This document shows, one piece after another, positions 12,274 through 25,807 of a stretch of 41,936 bases of DNA; positions within the stretch are counted from its first letter, which is position 1, and every line of letters starts with the position of its first letter. This DNA is from Octopus bimaculoides (lineage: Eukaryota), in contig NC_068990.1 of NCBI RefSeq assembly GCF_001194135.2, positions 83,626,951 through 83,668,886 on the forward strand, read 5' to 3'. Position numbers and translations under genes: made by a program. The notes under the pieces are model-generated. The model worked only from the letters and a program-made list of their open reading frames with translations. It had not been told where the DNA came from and searched no databases.

Positions 12274-13105
12274 NNNNNNNNNNNNNNNNNNNNNNNNNNN
12301 NNNNNNNNNNNNNNNNNNNNNNNNNNNNNNNNNNNNNNNNNNNNNNNNNNNNNNNNNNNNNNNNNNNNNNNNNNNNNNNNNNNNNNNNNNNNNNNNNNNN
12401 NNNNNNNNNNNNNNNNNNNNNNNNNNNNNNNNNNNNNNNNNNNNNNNNNNNNNNNNNNNNNNNNNNNNNNNNNNNNNNNNNNNNNNNNNNNNNNNNNNNN
12501 NNNNNNNNNNNNNNNNNNNNNNNNNNNNNNNNNNNNNNNNNNNNNNNNNNNNNNNNNNNNNNNNNNNNNNNNNNNNNNNNNNNNNNNNNNNNNNNNNNNN
12601 NNNNNNNNNNNNNNNNNNNNNNNNNNNNNNNNNNNNNNNNNNNNNNNNNNNNNNNNNNNNNNNNNNNNNNNNNNNNNNNNNNNNNNNNNNNNNNNNNNNN
12701 NNNNNNNNNNNNNNNNNNNNNNNNNNNNNNNNNNNNNNNNNNNNNNNNNNNNNNNNNNNNNNNNNNNNNNNNNNNNNNNNNNNNNNNNNNNNNNNNNNNN
12801 NNNNNNNNNNNNNNNNNNNNNNNNNNNNNNNNNNNNNNNNNNNNNNNNNNNNNNNNNNNNNNNNNNNNNNNNNNNNNNNNNNNNNNNNNNNNNNNNNNNN
12901 NNNNNNNNNNNNNNNNNNNNNNNNNNNNNNNNNNNNNNNNNNNNNNNNNNNNNNNNNNNNNNNNNNNNNNNNNNNNNNNNNNNNNNNNNNNNNNNNNNNN
13001 NNNNNNNNNNNNNNNNNNNNNNNNNNNNNNNNNNNNNNNNNNNNNNNNNNNNNNNNNNNNNNNNNNNNNNNNNNNNNNNNNNNNNNNNNNNNNNNNNNNN
13101 NNNNN

Positions 13106-13281
13106 GAGAATTCACACAAAAAAAGAGAAAACAAAGACAGGTGGTGTAGACAAAAAACAGACGTATTAGTTTAACGCTCGGGAAGTGAAAAAGTCTTTAA
13201 CGTTTCAAGCCTACGCTCTTCCACAGAAAGGAACAGAAATAAACAAGGAGAGAAAATAAAGAATGTGTAGTGGCTAGCGAT
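13106..13281 (-). mobile_element. Putative solo PLE pLTR / retrozyme-like unit with hammerhead-like motif at 13195-13230
   Basis: Minus strand CTTT-CTGTGGA-A-GAGC-GTAG-GCTT-GAAACGTT-AAAG: stems I and II pair and stem III has the ACGT palindrome; core A6 reads T. Confidence 0.6.
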
Positions 13282-13297
13282 CTATCTATCTATTTAT

Positions 13298-13361
<64 letters not shown>

Positions 13362-13453
13362 ATATATATATATATAAATGTATCATATATACATATGTAA
13401 TGTATATACACATATATATATAAATATATCATATACACATATATGATATATAG

Positions 13454-13509
<56 letters not shown>

Positions 13510-13915
13510 ACTTGCTTTTGACTAGCCATTCCTTTATTTCATGTGTTACATGTGTTTTAGTGTTCAATAAAAAATGATGTCAGACTACAAATGCAATTCA
13601 TAGATGCACCTCATATGTGCAGCATGCACACTCAAGACCGGACACTTTCTAGGGCAGACAAGAAATACAGGTGACAAATATTTTTTTTTTCTAAACACCC
13701 GAGAGTTGCAAGGTGAAGAAAGAGGAGGCGGAGTGATTGGTGGTGGGAGTGGGGGTGAAGATGAGGATTCACTCCCTTCAGAACCACAAACGTAAATTGG
13801 TGTTGATAAGAAATCTGGGTCAGTCATCTAACGGAATGTCGTGGTGCAGGTCGTATTACAGAAGAGCAGAAACCTGAATGGTAAAATTGCGGCGCACAAA
13901 CTGCATTCATTTCTA

Positions 13916-13952
<37 letters not shown>

Positions 13953-14260
13953 AAAATCTTGTTTTCTCGAAAAAGAGACATTGAATTCTGGACTTTCATC
14001 ACATTGGGACGTTTCTAGACAGAAACTTTTTTCCGCCAGGTCAAATGAATGTTCTTCTTTCTTTAAACTGGATTGTTCCCTTAAAGAGAATTTTATTTCT
14101 AAAATATTTGAATTTTTCAATAACAATTGATTATCTCTTAAGACGATTATGCACAAATATCTGAATTTTCACTCGTGTCAAATCTAATAAAACATCCCAT
14201 ATTGCACCACAAGATTAATGCACGAAATAAAGGTCAAACCAGAAATAAGACAAATACAAC

Positions 14261-14476
14261 TCTTTCGACTATAGACACAAGGCCTGAAATTTGTGGGGGA
14301 GGGGACTAGTCGATTACATCGACCCCAGTGTTTCAAAGGTACTTAATTTATCGACCACGAAATGGTGAAAGGCAAAGTCGATCTAGACGGAATTTTTGAA
14401 GTTAGAACGGAGTGGCAGATGAAATACCAGTTAGCATTTCCACCCGGCGTGCTAACGATTCTGCAAGCTTGCTCTT
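14261..14476 (-). mobile_element. SINE family A
   Basis: GTCGATTACATCGACCCCAG...GGTACTTAATTTATCGACC...GAAAGGCAAAGTCGA...GCGTGCTAACGATTCTGC. Confidence 0.9.
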
Positions 14477-15086
14477 CTTCGGAAACAGAGAAAAGTCCAA
14501 TTGAAGGGAAGACGGNNNNNNNNNNNNNNNNNNNNNNNNNNNNNNNNNNNNNNNNNNNNNNNNNNNNNNNNNNNNNNNNNNNNNNNNNNNNNNNNNNNNN
14601 NNNNNNNNNNNNNNNNNNNNNNNNNNNNNNNNNNNNNNNNNNNNNNNNNNNNNNNNNNNNNNNNNNNNNNNNNNNNNNNNNNNNNNNNNNNNNNNNNNNN
14701 NNNNNNNNNNNNNNNNNNNNNNNNNNNNNNNNNNNNNNNNNNNNNNNNNNNNNNNNNNNNNNNNNNNNNNNNNNNNNNNNNNNNNNNNNNNNNNNNNNNN
14801 NNNNNNNNNNNNNNNNNNNNNNNNNNNNNNNNNNNNNNNNNNNNNNNNNNNNNNNNNNNNNNNNNNNNNNNNNNNNNNNNNNNNNNNNNNNNNNNNNNNN
14901 NNNNNNNNNNNNNNNNNNNNNNNNNNNNNNNNNNNNNNNNNNNNNNNNNNNNNNNNNNNNNNNNNNNNNNNNNNNNNNNNNNNNNNNNNNNNNNNNNNNN
15001 NNNNNNNNNNNNNNNNNNNNNNNNNNNNNNNNNNNNNNNNNNNNNNNNNNNNNNNNNNNNNNNNNNNNNNNNNNNNNNNNNNNNNN

Positions 15087-15150
15087 GTGGTGCTCCAGCA
15101 TGGCCGCAGTCCAATGATTGAATCAAGTAAAAGAAATTAAAAGGAGTTAA
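15087..15150 (+). mobile_element. SINE family B 3' end, emerging from gap
   Basis: GTGGTGCTCCAGCATGGCCGCAGTCCAATGATTGAAATCAAGTAAAAG matches 26801-26850. Confidence 0.8.
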
Positions 15151-15266
15151 AAGAAATTATTATTATTATTATTATTATTATTATCATCATCATTATTATT
15201 ATTATTGTTATTGTTGTTGTTGTTATTATTGTTATTATTATTATTGTTATTATTATTATTATTATT

Positions 15267-15302
<36 letters not shown>

Positions 15303-15993
15303 ATTGTTACCATTAGAGCCTCAAGATTCAAACAATAATTTAGTAAGCATTTTGCACCGAAAAAGGTCATCAAAATGAGCACATACCTACACACACGCAC
15401 ACACACACACACACACACACGCACACTACGCACACGCACACTACGCACGCGCGAGCACGCGCTCATAAACATATACCCGCGCACACAAACACACACGCAC
15501 ACATATACCATCTATGCACTAGAACACCAACACACGCTACAATTCTACTCGCATGCACGGTTATGCTACAACATATCCGCATAAACATATACCAAATACG
15601 CATGTACACACACACACATCCGAAGATAATGCCACCCTTCACATACACACGCATACACCAACACGATTACATCTTGTCATACCTCCAGGGGAATTTTCTC
15701 CACTATCTCCAACCTCCACCCGGACGTCACACGGTTATACGTAACCAATGTGTGTAGCTCGGAAGTAATACGCTTTCTCTGTTCCAAAGATATGACGTAA
15801 GATATTGTAACCAGCGTTTCGTCTTGGAACTGCACAATGAGGATTCAAATTAAATGCCAGAAATATTTGTGTCTGTGTGTCTGTGCACGTGTGCTTGTCG
15901 TGTGTGTTTACTTTCGTGTGTGAGTGTGTGCATATGTACGTATATCTATTTGTAGGTATATCTGTCTATCTATCTATCTATCTACCTATCTAT

Positions 15994-16038
<45 letters not shown>

Positions 16039-16039
16039 C

Positions 16040-16085
<46 letters not shown>

Positions 16086-16459
16086 ATANNNNNNNNNNNN
16101 NNNNNNNNNNNNNNNNNNNNNNNNNNNNNNNNNNNNNNNNNNNNNNNNNNNNNNNNNNNNNNNNNNNNNNNNNNNNNNNNNNNNNNNNNNNATATATATA
16201 TATATATATATATATAGTGAGAGAGAGAGACAGACAGACAGAGATTGTGGGTGAGAGAGAGGAGTAAAGAAATATATAATATGTATACGGATAGACAGAC
16301 GGGTAGATGTATATATACATAGGTATACTTATACATAAAAACGTATGCGTGAATGTCTTTTAACACGTATGTATACATACATATATATATATACATATAC
16401 ATATATAAAATACATATATATATATGCACATATACATATGTATATACATCCATACATAC

Positions 16460-16490
<31 letters not shown>

Positions 16491-16545
16491 GATATACATA
16501 TACATATATAAAATACATATATATATGCACATATACATATGTATA

Positions 16546-16579
<34 letters not shown>

Positions 16580-16580
16580 C

Positions 16581-16644
<64 letters not shown>

Positions 16645-16711
16645 GTATGTATGTATATATGTACATGTAAATATGTAAATAAATGTATGCATAAATGTAT
16701 ACACACACACG

Positions 16712-16762
<51 letters not shown>

Positions 16763-17182
16763 CATACGCATACGCATATACGTGCATATATATACTTACA
16801 CACACACATAGATAGATAGATAAATAAATAGAATGTGTGTGTGTATGTGTGTGTGTGTGCACGCGCACACCACCTGCGAATGTTAGAAGCGGAAGAGAGC
16901 GAACGTAATCACGGGGTGAAAGGTGAGTGTTTTGCGATATTCGTTATTTCAACAATGGCAATGATATAGACGATGGTGATGATGATCATGATAGTGACAA
17001 TCATGGTGATGATGATGATGATGATGATGATGATGAGAGGAGGAGAGGGAGGAGGAGGAGGAGAAAAATGTGGTGGAGGATGAGGATATGAGGATGCTGG
17101 TGATTGTACGTATGTGGGTGTGAGCAGAAGAAAAATCCTGTTACTGACAAACAGGCAATGAGAGAGCGAAAGAGAGAGAGTG

Positions 17183-17214
<32 letters not shown>

Positions 17215-17345
17215 AGTGATAGAGAAAGAGAGAGAGAGAGAGAGGGGGGAAACAGTATTAGACTGAGTTTTCTAATTGATGTGAAAGTTAGAGATAGGGA
17301 ATAAATGCTAAATAGCGGAGGTGGTGGTGGTGGTGGTGGTGGTGG

Positions 17346-17381
<36 letters not shown>

Positions 17382-17541
17382 GAAGTGGTGGAGGAGGGGN
17401 NNNNNNNNNNNNNNNNNNNNNNNNNNNNNNNNNNNNNNNNNNNNNNNNNNNNNNNNNNNNNNNNNNNNNNNNNNNNNNNNNNNNNNNNNNNNNNNNNNNN
17501 NNNNNNNNNNNNNNNNNNNNNNNNNNNNNNNNNNNNNNNNN

Positions 17542-17622
<81 letters not shown>

Positions 17623-17736
17623 GGTGATGGAAGAGGAGGGGAGAAAGAGGGGATGGGGAGGAGGAGAAGGAGAGAGAGGATGTGAGGAAGAAGAGAATGA
17701 AGATTTCTTTTTCTTGAATGGAGTGAAAGAACGAGA

Positions 17737-17780
<44 letters not shown>

Positions 17781-18878
17781 GAGAGAGAGAAAATGTCTAG
17801 CCGTTGTTTGTGTGGAGAGAGAAATGAGGAGACGTTGGGCAAACGTACAGAAAATGTTGCCAAAATAGAAATGTGTAACAGATCGAAGCGATGTGTTTTT
17901 AACAGACAACAGTAAACAACATTGGCTTCTGACACAGATTTCAAGCACAACTCGTTGCTGCGGAGTAGCTGTGGTGTTTATTCATACCCTATGGCTATGA
18001 TTAGCGAATGAGATGCAGTTGCATAGAACCTAAGTCAATATTCACCGTACATACCTATCTGTCGCTTTCCATTACCCATGGTTATATATTTATAGCAGTG
18101 AGGTTGTTTGACATTCATGCTGTGCTCATACATCGATATCGAAGTTAGTAAAGAAAATAAAGAAGAAACAGAAGTCGTGAATTGAGAATGGATTCCGTTT
18201 AATCACAGTTGATAAGAAATTACGTCGAACGCACAAAAACACATAGAATAGTAAAAGAATAGAAGCGAAGCAATATTACACAACGGTTTTCGATAGAGTG
18301 AGAAATGTAAATAGTGTATTTAAACAGATGGAGTACTCTTTTTCACGGTCAGTTTGTCGCATTACGCGGGAGCTTTGAGCAAAATGTTATAGTGCATGAC
18401 CATCCGTGGCACATAAGTAATGTGTGTGTGTAAAGTTTGGTAAAAATCGGTTGAAAACTGTAGAAATGCATACGTATTACACACACAGTCACACACAGAG
18501 ACATCCTTTGTTTATATATATATAGATTGCACATTGCTGTCTATATTAATCAGTCATCTATAAATGGTTGTTTACTGTAGCGTCTCTATCTAACTTCTAA
18601 TTACTCTCCTTTCTCTTCGGCACATATTTATTCATAACAATATCTGTAACTCTTCGCATGGTTGTTCGAGAAACGGATTCATACCTTCCGGTTCAACTTT
18701 TTAAACGTTCCTTTTCGTTCATCTCCACTCCTAAGCCTCTCATCTACCCTCACAAATCCTCACATTTAACCATCCTACCTAATCCCTCCAAATCTATTTG
18801 TTCACATTTATCTTCCTCAGCTTCTCGCCTCAAAGATGAAGGGTCAAGATACCGAAATATCGTATTCTACACTTCTCA

Positions 18879-19178
18879 GTGGAGGCACATGGCTCAGTGG
18901 TTAGAGCAACGGTCTTACAATCGTAAGGTGGTGAGTTCGATTCTCGGACCAGGCTACATGCTGTGTTTTTTAAGCAAAACACTTTACTACACATTGCTCC
19001 TGTCACTGGTGCCAAGCTGTAATGGCTTTTGCCTTTCCCTTCAGTGGTATGTTGAAGGGAGGCTGGTATGCATGGGCGACTGCTGGTCTTCCATAAACAA
19101 CCTTGCCCGGACTTGTGCCTCAGAGTAGAACTTTCTAGGTTACAATCATATGGTCATTTCTGACCTAAGGGGGTCTTT
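18879..19178 (+). mobile_element. tRNA-derived SINE (family C-like head, different tail)
   Basis: GTGGAGGCACATGGCTCAGTGGTTAGAGC (A box)...GAGTTCGATTCTCGG (B box)...TTAAGCAAAACACTTTA. Confidence 0.85.
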
Positions 19179-19859
19179 TACAATTCTCTAAAAACCAATA
19201 AATTCCTCAATGCTCTTCACTTTACATTGATTAATTTTTCCAGATGAAAAATATCACCTGTTTCCACGGATTCAGTATTTTATGCTGATTTAATATTACA
19301 TATTTTTTTTAATACTCCCATAATAAAGTAATATTTTATTGTCAATATTAGAATTGTATGCAGAACCGCTGGTTAAAATTTATGTAGTTTAGTAAACCTG
19401 CTGTGAATATGTTGACAGCTCATCGCTATGTGACTACACACACACATATATAAATACATACTAACATACACACACACTAACATACATACATACTAACATA
19501 CATACATACTTACATCGATATATACACGCACGCACACTCACACATACATACATACCCTTGCAGACAGACATATATAATATGAACATGTGTGCGCACCCCC
19601 CACATAGACACACGTTCCGGTACACACATACATACACACACACTCTCACACACGCGCACATATGTATATGCATATATATGAAAATATGCATACACTTATT
19701 TATATATACACACAGACACCTGTATATATAAGTATGCGTGTATGTGTGTGTGTGCGCGTGTGTATGTGTGTACATACATTTACAAAATATTTACATATAT
19801 GTACACACATGCATACATTCATGCATATTATACACACACACGCATATCTACATTTATAT

Positions 19860-19892
19860 ATTCATATATCCATTCATTCATCCAACCGTACC

Positions 19893-19926
<34 letters not shown>

Positions 19927-20086
19927 CATACATACATAAACATATATATGTACATATGTACGAGTATATGTATATGTGTGTATTTATATATATATATATA
20001 TATATATAAACACATTTATACATACATACATGCATACATACATACGTACATACATAAATATATATATGTACATATATATGAGTATA

Positions 20087-20179
<93 letters not shown>

Positions 20180-20250
20180 ATAAACACATACATACATACA
20201 TACATACATACATACATACATACATACATACATACATACATACATACATC
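19860..20250. repeat. Compound (TACA)n/(TA)n microsatellite
   Basis: Directly visible, including a pure (TA)n run of about 80 bp. Confidence 0.95.
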
Positions 20251-20411
20251 CACGTTTGGCCGAACTAATAAGATAGCAAATCTTAATCGATTGTAGCAGA
20301 TTATTTTTATTCATTCGAAGCTGATGACTCATCCAGTCGATCTTCTCGTCTGAACCAGGGCATACACCCGGGAAACTCGGAGTAACGACATGTGCGCGCG
20401 CGCGTGAGTGC

Positions 20412-20451
<40 letters not shown>

Positions 20452-21180
20452 AGTGTATTTTGTTAATTATGAAGTACTCGAAGCTTACTTTGTGGTACAA
20501 TATATGGCATGTTTATATCGGGGTGTAGTATATGCATGCAAAGGTAGACAGACCGATAGATAGATAGACAGATAGATAGACAGATAGATATATAGACAGA
20601 TAGATAGACAGATAGATAGATATCTAGATAGATAGATAGATAGATAGATGGAGTGCACTAAGGGAGGTTACTCTGTGCTAACATGAGTTATTTTATAGTA
20701 GTGCATGTTTATATAATAAAGATATTCATTATATCAACAACGATAAAAGATAGCCCATGCTTGTACAGGTGTATACATGGGAATGTGTACTTGTATGTGT
20801 GCAGTGGTATGTCTGTTCGCCTGAATATATACCATGTGCTTCAGTGAATACTATAATTGTGTAGCTGTAAGTGCTTGTATGACTGTGTTGTTGTATGTAT
20901 ATACGTTTTGGTAGTGTGTGTATATGTGTGCGTGTGTGCTTGTGTGTATTACTAAGTGTATGTGCTGTTGTATGTAACTATGTGTGCCTATATGTCTTTG
21001 TCCATTTATCTGCTATTATATGCGAGTGTGTGCGTATGCATTTGTGTATATACATCTTTCCGTCTGTCTACGGACATCACTAAACCTGCATACCCGCGTG
21101 TTTGCTATATACAGCAGAATCTCTGCATTTGTGTACGGGTATAAGTATGTATTATGTATGCGCGAATACGCACGCACACA

Positions 21181-21236
<56 letters not shown>

Positions 21237-21770
21237 TATGCACCTCTTTCTCTCTCTCTCTCACTGTATATATATATATTTATATATATACAGATAGATA
21301 CATACATACATACATACATATATCGATATATACATAAATACACACACGCACGCACATACATACATACATACATACATGCATACATATATACACACATACA
21401 TACATACGTATACACAGACACCTACACATACACACACGCATATATATCTTTAAGGAATCGGGTCGTAATCACCGACAACGAAATTTCATTCATTCATTCA
21501 GAAGGTATCGATCAGGTAAAAGTAAAAAAAAAAAGCCTGAGCTCCGACTCGGAAATCGAAACATTGGTCTGGTGGTGAAGGGAGCCTCTTAACTGCACAA
21601 CCTGTTCATAGGATGTCAGCTCGTGGACTATGTATGTATGTATGTATGTACGTATGTATGTATGTTTGTATGTATGTATGTATGTATGTACGTATGTATG
21701 TATGTATGTATGTGTATATGTATATGTGTATGTATGTATCTATCTGTCTGTCTGTCTATCTATCTATCTA

Positions 21771-22428
21771 TGTCATTATTCAGTCTATTTCAAGGTGTCT
21801 TGCCAATAGAGAAAGAACTGGTTTCTGACCTAGATCCAAGGCTCCTCCATTGGAATTTCAACAACAACAACAACAACAGGGTATTTTTGCTTGCTTGTAT
21901 GTATGTATGTATGTATGTAAGTATATATGTATGTATGTATGTATGTATGAATGCATGCATGTATGTATGTATGTATGTATGTATGTATGTATGCATGTAT
22001 NNNNNNNNNNGGAATTTCAACAACAACAACAACAACAGGGTATTTTTGCTTGCTTGTATGTATGTATGTATGTATGTAAGTATATATGTATGTATGTATG
22101 TATGTATGAATGCATGCATGTATGTATGTATGTATGTATGTATGTATGTATGCATGTATGTATCTGCAGATTTGTATGTTTTATGTATATATTCTCATGC
22201 ATATATTTGCATGCATGTATACTCATGTATGTATGTATGTATGTATGTATGAATGCATGTATATGTGTGTATGTATGTATGTATGTATGTATGTACGTAC
22301 GTATGTATATATGCCATTATTCATTTTTGCTTCACGATTTCTTGCCTGTGGAGAAAGAACCGGTTTCTAACCTAGATCCAAGGCTCCTTCATTGGAAAGT
22401 CAACGACCTCAACAGGGTAGTTTTGTAT
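21771..22428. repeat. Two diverged copies of a roughly 115-bp unit (21771-21890, 22312-22428) embedded in (TATG)n arrays
   Basis: Shared GAGAAAGAAC(T/C)GGTTTCT(G/A)ACCTAGATCCAAGGCTCCT(C/T)CATTGGAA and AACAGGGTA. Confidence 0.85.
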
Positions 22429-22466
22429 GTAAGTATGTATGTATGTATGTTTGTATGTACGTATGT

Positions 22467-22746
22467 GTGAAGGCAAGCGACCTAGTGGTTAAGGTGTTCG
22501 GCTCACAATGACTAAGGTTGTGAGTTCGATACCCTGCGACACATTGAGTCCTTGAGCAAGGCTCTTTATTTCACATTGTTCCAGTCCAGTCAGCTGGTAA
22601 AAAATGAGCAGTACCTGTATTTCAAAGGGCCAGCCTCTCTCTCCCTGAGAGCTACGTTATAGGTAGACGAGTCTGTGGTGTACTCAGCCACTTGTTTTTT
22701 TTCCCTTGGTCGGATCAAGTGGAGCTGTCGTCGTCGTAACCGAAGG
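22467..22746 (+). mobile_element. tRNA-derived SINE, family C
   Basis: A box GACCTAGTGGTTAAGG, B box GAGTTCGATACC, CCTTGAGCAAGGC, GTACCTGTATTTCAAAGGGCCAGCC. Confidence 0.9.
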
Positions 22747-23031
22747 TATATCAGATCTGTGTATATATGTGTGAGTTTGTGTGTGTGTGTGTGTGTGTCT
22801 GTATGTGGGTGAATGTGCACGAGTAAATAGCTGTGTGTGTGTGTGTTTTTCTTCTGTCTGGCGTTGTTGGTGATGTTTGTATGTGCGTTTGTCTGCGAGA
22901 GATGTGGAGAAGATAGAAAGACAGAGAAAGAGAGTAAATGTGTGTCTGTGTGTGTGTGTCTGTGTGTGTGTGTGTGTGTGTGTATGTGTGTGTGATTGTG
23001 TGTGTATGTGTGCGTGTTTGTGTGGGTGTAT

Positions 23032-23113
<82 letters not shown>

Positions 23114-23450
23114 NNNNNNNNNNNNNNNNNNNNNNNNNNNNNNNNNNNNNNNNNNNNNNNNNNNNNNNNNNNNNNNNNNNNNNNNNNNNNNNNNNNNNNN
23201 NNNNNNNNNNNNNNNNNNNNNNNNNNNNNNNNNNNNNNNNNNNNNNNNNNNNNNNNNNNNNNNNNNNNNNNNNNNNNNNNNNNNNNNNNNNNNNNNNNNN
23301 NNNNNNNNNNNNNNNNNNNNNNNNNNNNNNNNNNNNNNNNNNNNNNNNNNNNNNNNNNNNNNNNNNNNNNNNNNNNNNNNNNNNNNNNNNNNNNNNNNNN
23401 NNNNNNNNNNNNNNNNNNNNNNNNNNNNNNNNNNNNNNNNNNNNNNNNNN

Positions 23451-23506
<56 letters not shown>

Positions 23507-23699
23507 AGTGTGTTACTTAGCGCGCTGGCTTTTGTCTGGCGATCTGTTTTCTTGTAGAATGTTCTGTATGTATTCATATGCGTGAATATGTAAAAAAAAA
23601 ACCTATGTGTTATTAAGTGTGTGTAAATATATGCCTGAGAGTGTATGTGTCCGCATCGGCAGCCGTGTCTGCTTGTATGCATTTTTGTGCTAATACATA

Positions 23700-23900
23700 C
23701 CTGCTTGCACAGTCAGGTCTGCATATGCGCACGTTACGTCATCTGTGTGTATCACAGATACGGTGACGTGCGTACATACAGACCTGAATACGCAAGCAGG
23801 TGCGCATAGACTCGCAGGTATGCTTATACAGGTACATGCTCGCGCGAACACACATAGACGCACGTGTGTGTATGTGTGTTCGCGCGAGCATGTGTCTGTG
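23700..23900. other. Two adjacent hairpin-forming inverted repeats (23700-23800 imperfect; 23834-23893 with a perfect 23-bp stem)
   Basis: CCTGCTTGC/GCAAGCAGG, TCAGGTCTG/CAGACCTGA and ATCTGTG/CACAGAT nest in register; ACATGCTCGCGCGAACACACATA pairs with TATGTGTGTTCGCGCGAGCATGT. Confidence 0.85.
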
Positions 23901-24037
23901 CAAGCAAGCCAATACCAGGATGTATCTGTGTCTACATGTATATGTGTGCGATGATACATTTAATAAATCGAGGGAGAGAGAGAGAGAAGCGTTCGAGTTG
24001 TTCTTAATGGCCTTTATAACAGAGATGTATGCATCAA

Positions 24038-24600
24038 CCCCAAACTCTACCTGCACTCAGGTATTTAACTGCAGTTGGTAATACAGAGAACTGCAGAACA
24101 GTGCACGTCCGTCACAAACGCCAGCGTCTCTTAAATATTTGATTTTATCTTGCGACACAAAGCAATGCAGACCAGTGCAGTTCTCAACTGCACAGTAACC
24201 CAAACACTATCTGCACTCAGATAATAAACTGCAGCTGATAGTGCAGAGAAGTGCAAAACAGTGCACATCCGTCACAAACACCAGCGTCTCTTAAACACTT
24301 TATTTAATCTTACGATACAAAGCAACACTGGTCAGTGCAGCTCTCAGCTGCGCAGTATAGTACAAAGCACATCCGTCACAAACAACATGTTCACTCGAGC
24401 ATTTAATGTCACTTTGTAATATATTTCAGCGCAGTACTTTGCAGTATTCTGAAGCGCATTGTATATCAGTCACAAACACTACCTTTATTCGGGTAGTTAT
24501 AGCCAAATTGTGATGCAGTTCAGCGCAGTACTTTGCAGTCTAGTACAGTATATGGCCAGTAGAGTACAGTTTAGTTCAGTATAGATCAGTCACTCAAGTA
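24038..24600. repeat. Degenerate complex tandem repeat: two 160-bp units followed by shorter diverged units
   Basis: CTGCACTCAG at 24051 and 24211; GTCACAAAC at 24111, 24271, 24375 and 24469; TTCAGCGCAGTACTTTGCAGT at 24425 and 24519. Confidence 0.85.
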
Positions 24601-24769
24601 TCAACCGCTACCTTGTAACAAGCGATTGTTATTTATACAACGCCGGTTAAATTTATCGATTCTTTTCCACTTCTTCAGCAGCTGACAGTTATTACACACA
24701 CCTATACATCCCCATGTATGGATACTTGCTATTTACACATTTTCACATATGATGTTAATACTGATATGT

Positions 24770-24811
<42 letters not shown>

Positions 24812-24821
24812 NNNNNNNNNN

Positions 24822-24852
<31 letters not shown>

Positions 24853-25513
24853 ATACACACATATACATACAGACAAACAGACAGACATACGCACATGCAT
24901 ATAGCCACGCTCATCAAGATATATACACATGTACATAGGACATATGCAGATGCACACACATAAACACATATACGCACACATATATTCACATATATGCACA
25001 CAGATAAAAAGGTATGCACACATGTACACACGTCCACTAATATGCAAACGTATGTCTACACACATACATCCATACACGCATACGCACACATCCACACAGA
25101 CACGGGCATACATTGATGCACACATACATAAATACATTCTCACGCACAGACATACACATCTATATATTCACACACATGTACCCTATTACACATAGAGACT
25201 ACCATTTTCTTTCTTTCTTCCTTCCTTCCTTTCTTTCGTTCTCTCTCTCACCTTCACTCCCTCTCTCTGAGCTTCTCACCCTTTCTCTCTCCTTCTTTCC
25301 TTTTCTCTATTTTGTCTCATTTCCTTCATTTAAACCTCTACATACATTCGTTATTTGTGTTCGCCTTAAAATAATATTTATACATACTTATCCATACTCA
25401 GCGCATGTATGCACATTTTACTATGGTATGAGGTTTCCTGGTGATTTTGTGTGGTTAGAGCCAGTGCTAAACACCTCATTGGTGAGACGACCTTCTTTAT
25501 AGATATTCCATAT

Positions 25514-25807
25514 GCAACTCCGGTGACACAACTAAGACTCTATCTTTATCAACGTGAAATTAACGTGCAAGCGGCTGAGCACTCCACAGACATGCTTATC
25601 CTTAGTGTAGTTCTCAGGGAGATTCAGCGTGACACAGAATGTGACAAAGCCGATTCTTTGAATTACAGGTACTACTCATTTTTACCAGCTGAGTGGGTTG
25701 GAACAACGTGAAATAAAGTGTCTTGCTCAAGGGCACAATGCGCTACCGGGAATCGAAATCACGATCTTACGATCGAGAGCCGAATACTCCTAACCACTAG
25801 GCATCAC
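25514..25807 (-). mobile_element. tRNA-derived SINE, family C
   Basis: Minus head CCTAGTGGTTAGGAG...GATTTCGATTCCCGG...CCCTTGAGCAAGACAC; body matches 1301-1420. Confidence 0.9.

Noticed and set aside
13604-14156. Short ORFs with plausible composition (ELQGEERGGG..., LLLKNSNILEIK...)
   Set aside because: No recognisable domain, weak or absent splice signals, and both abut microsatellites.
16887-16928. Consensus donor AAG|GTGAGT suggesting a short exon
   Set aside because: No polypyrimidine acceptor or supporting exon; a single such motif is expected by chance in a window this size.
18828-18870. Hammerhead-like AAGATGAAGG...CCGAAAT; similar partial motifs at about 20311, 21526 and 30144
   Set aside because: The core is incomplete and/or stems I and III cannot form; at most unrecognisably decayed pLTRs.
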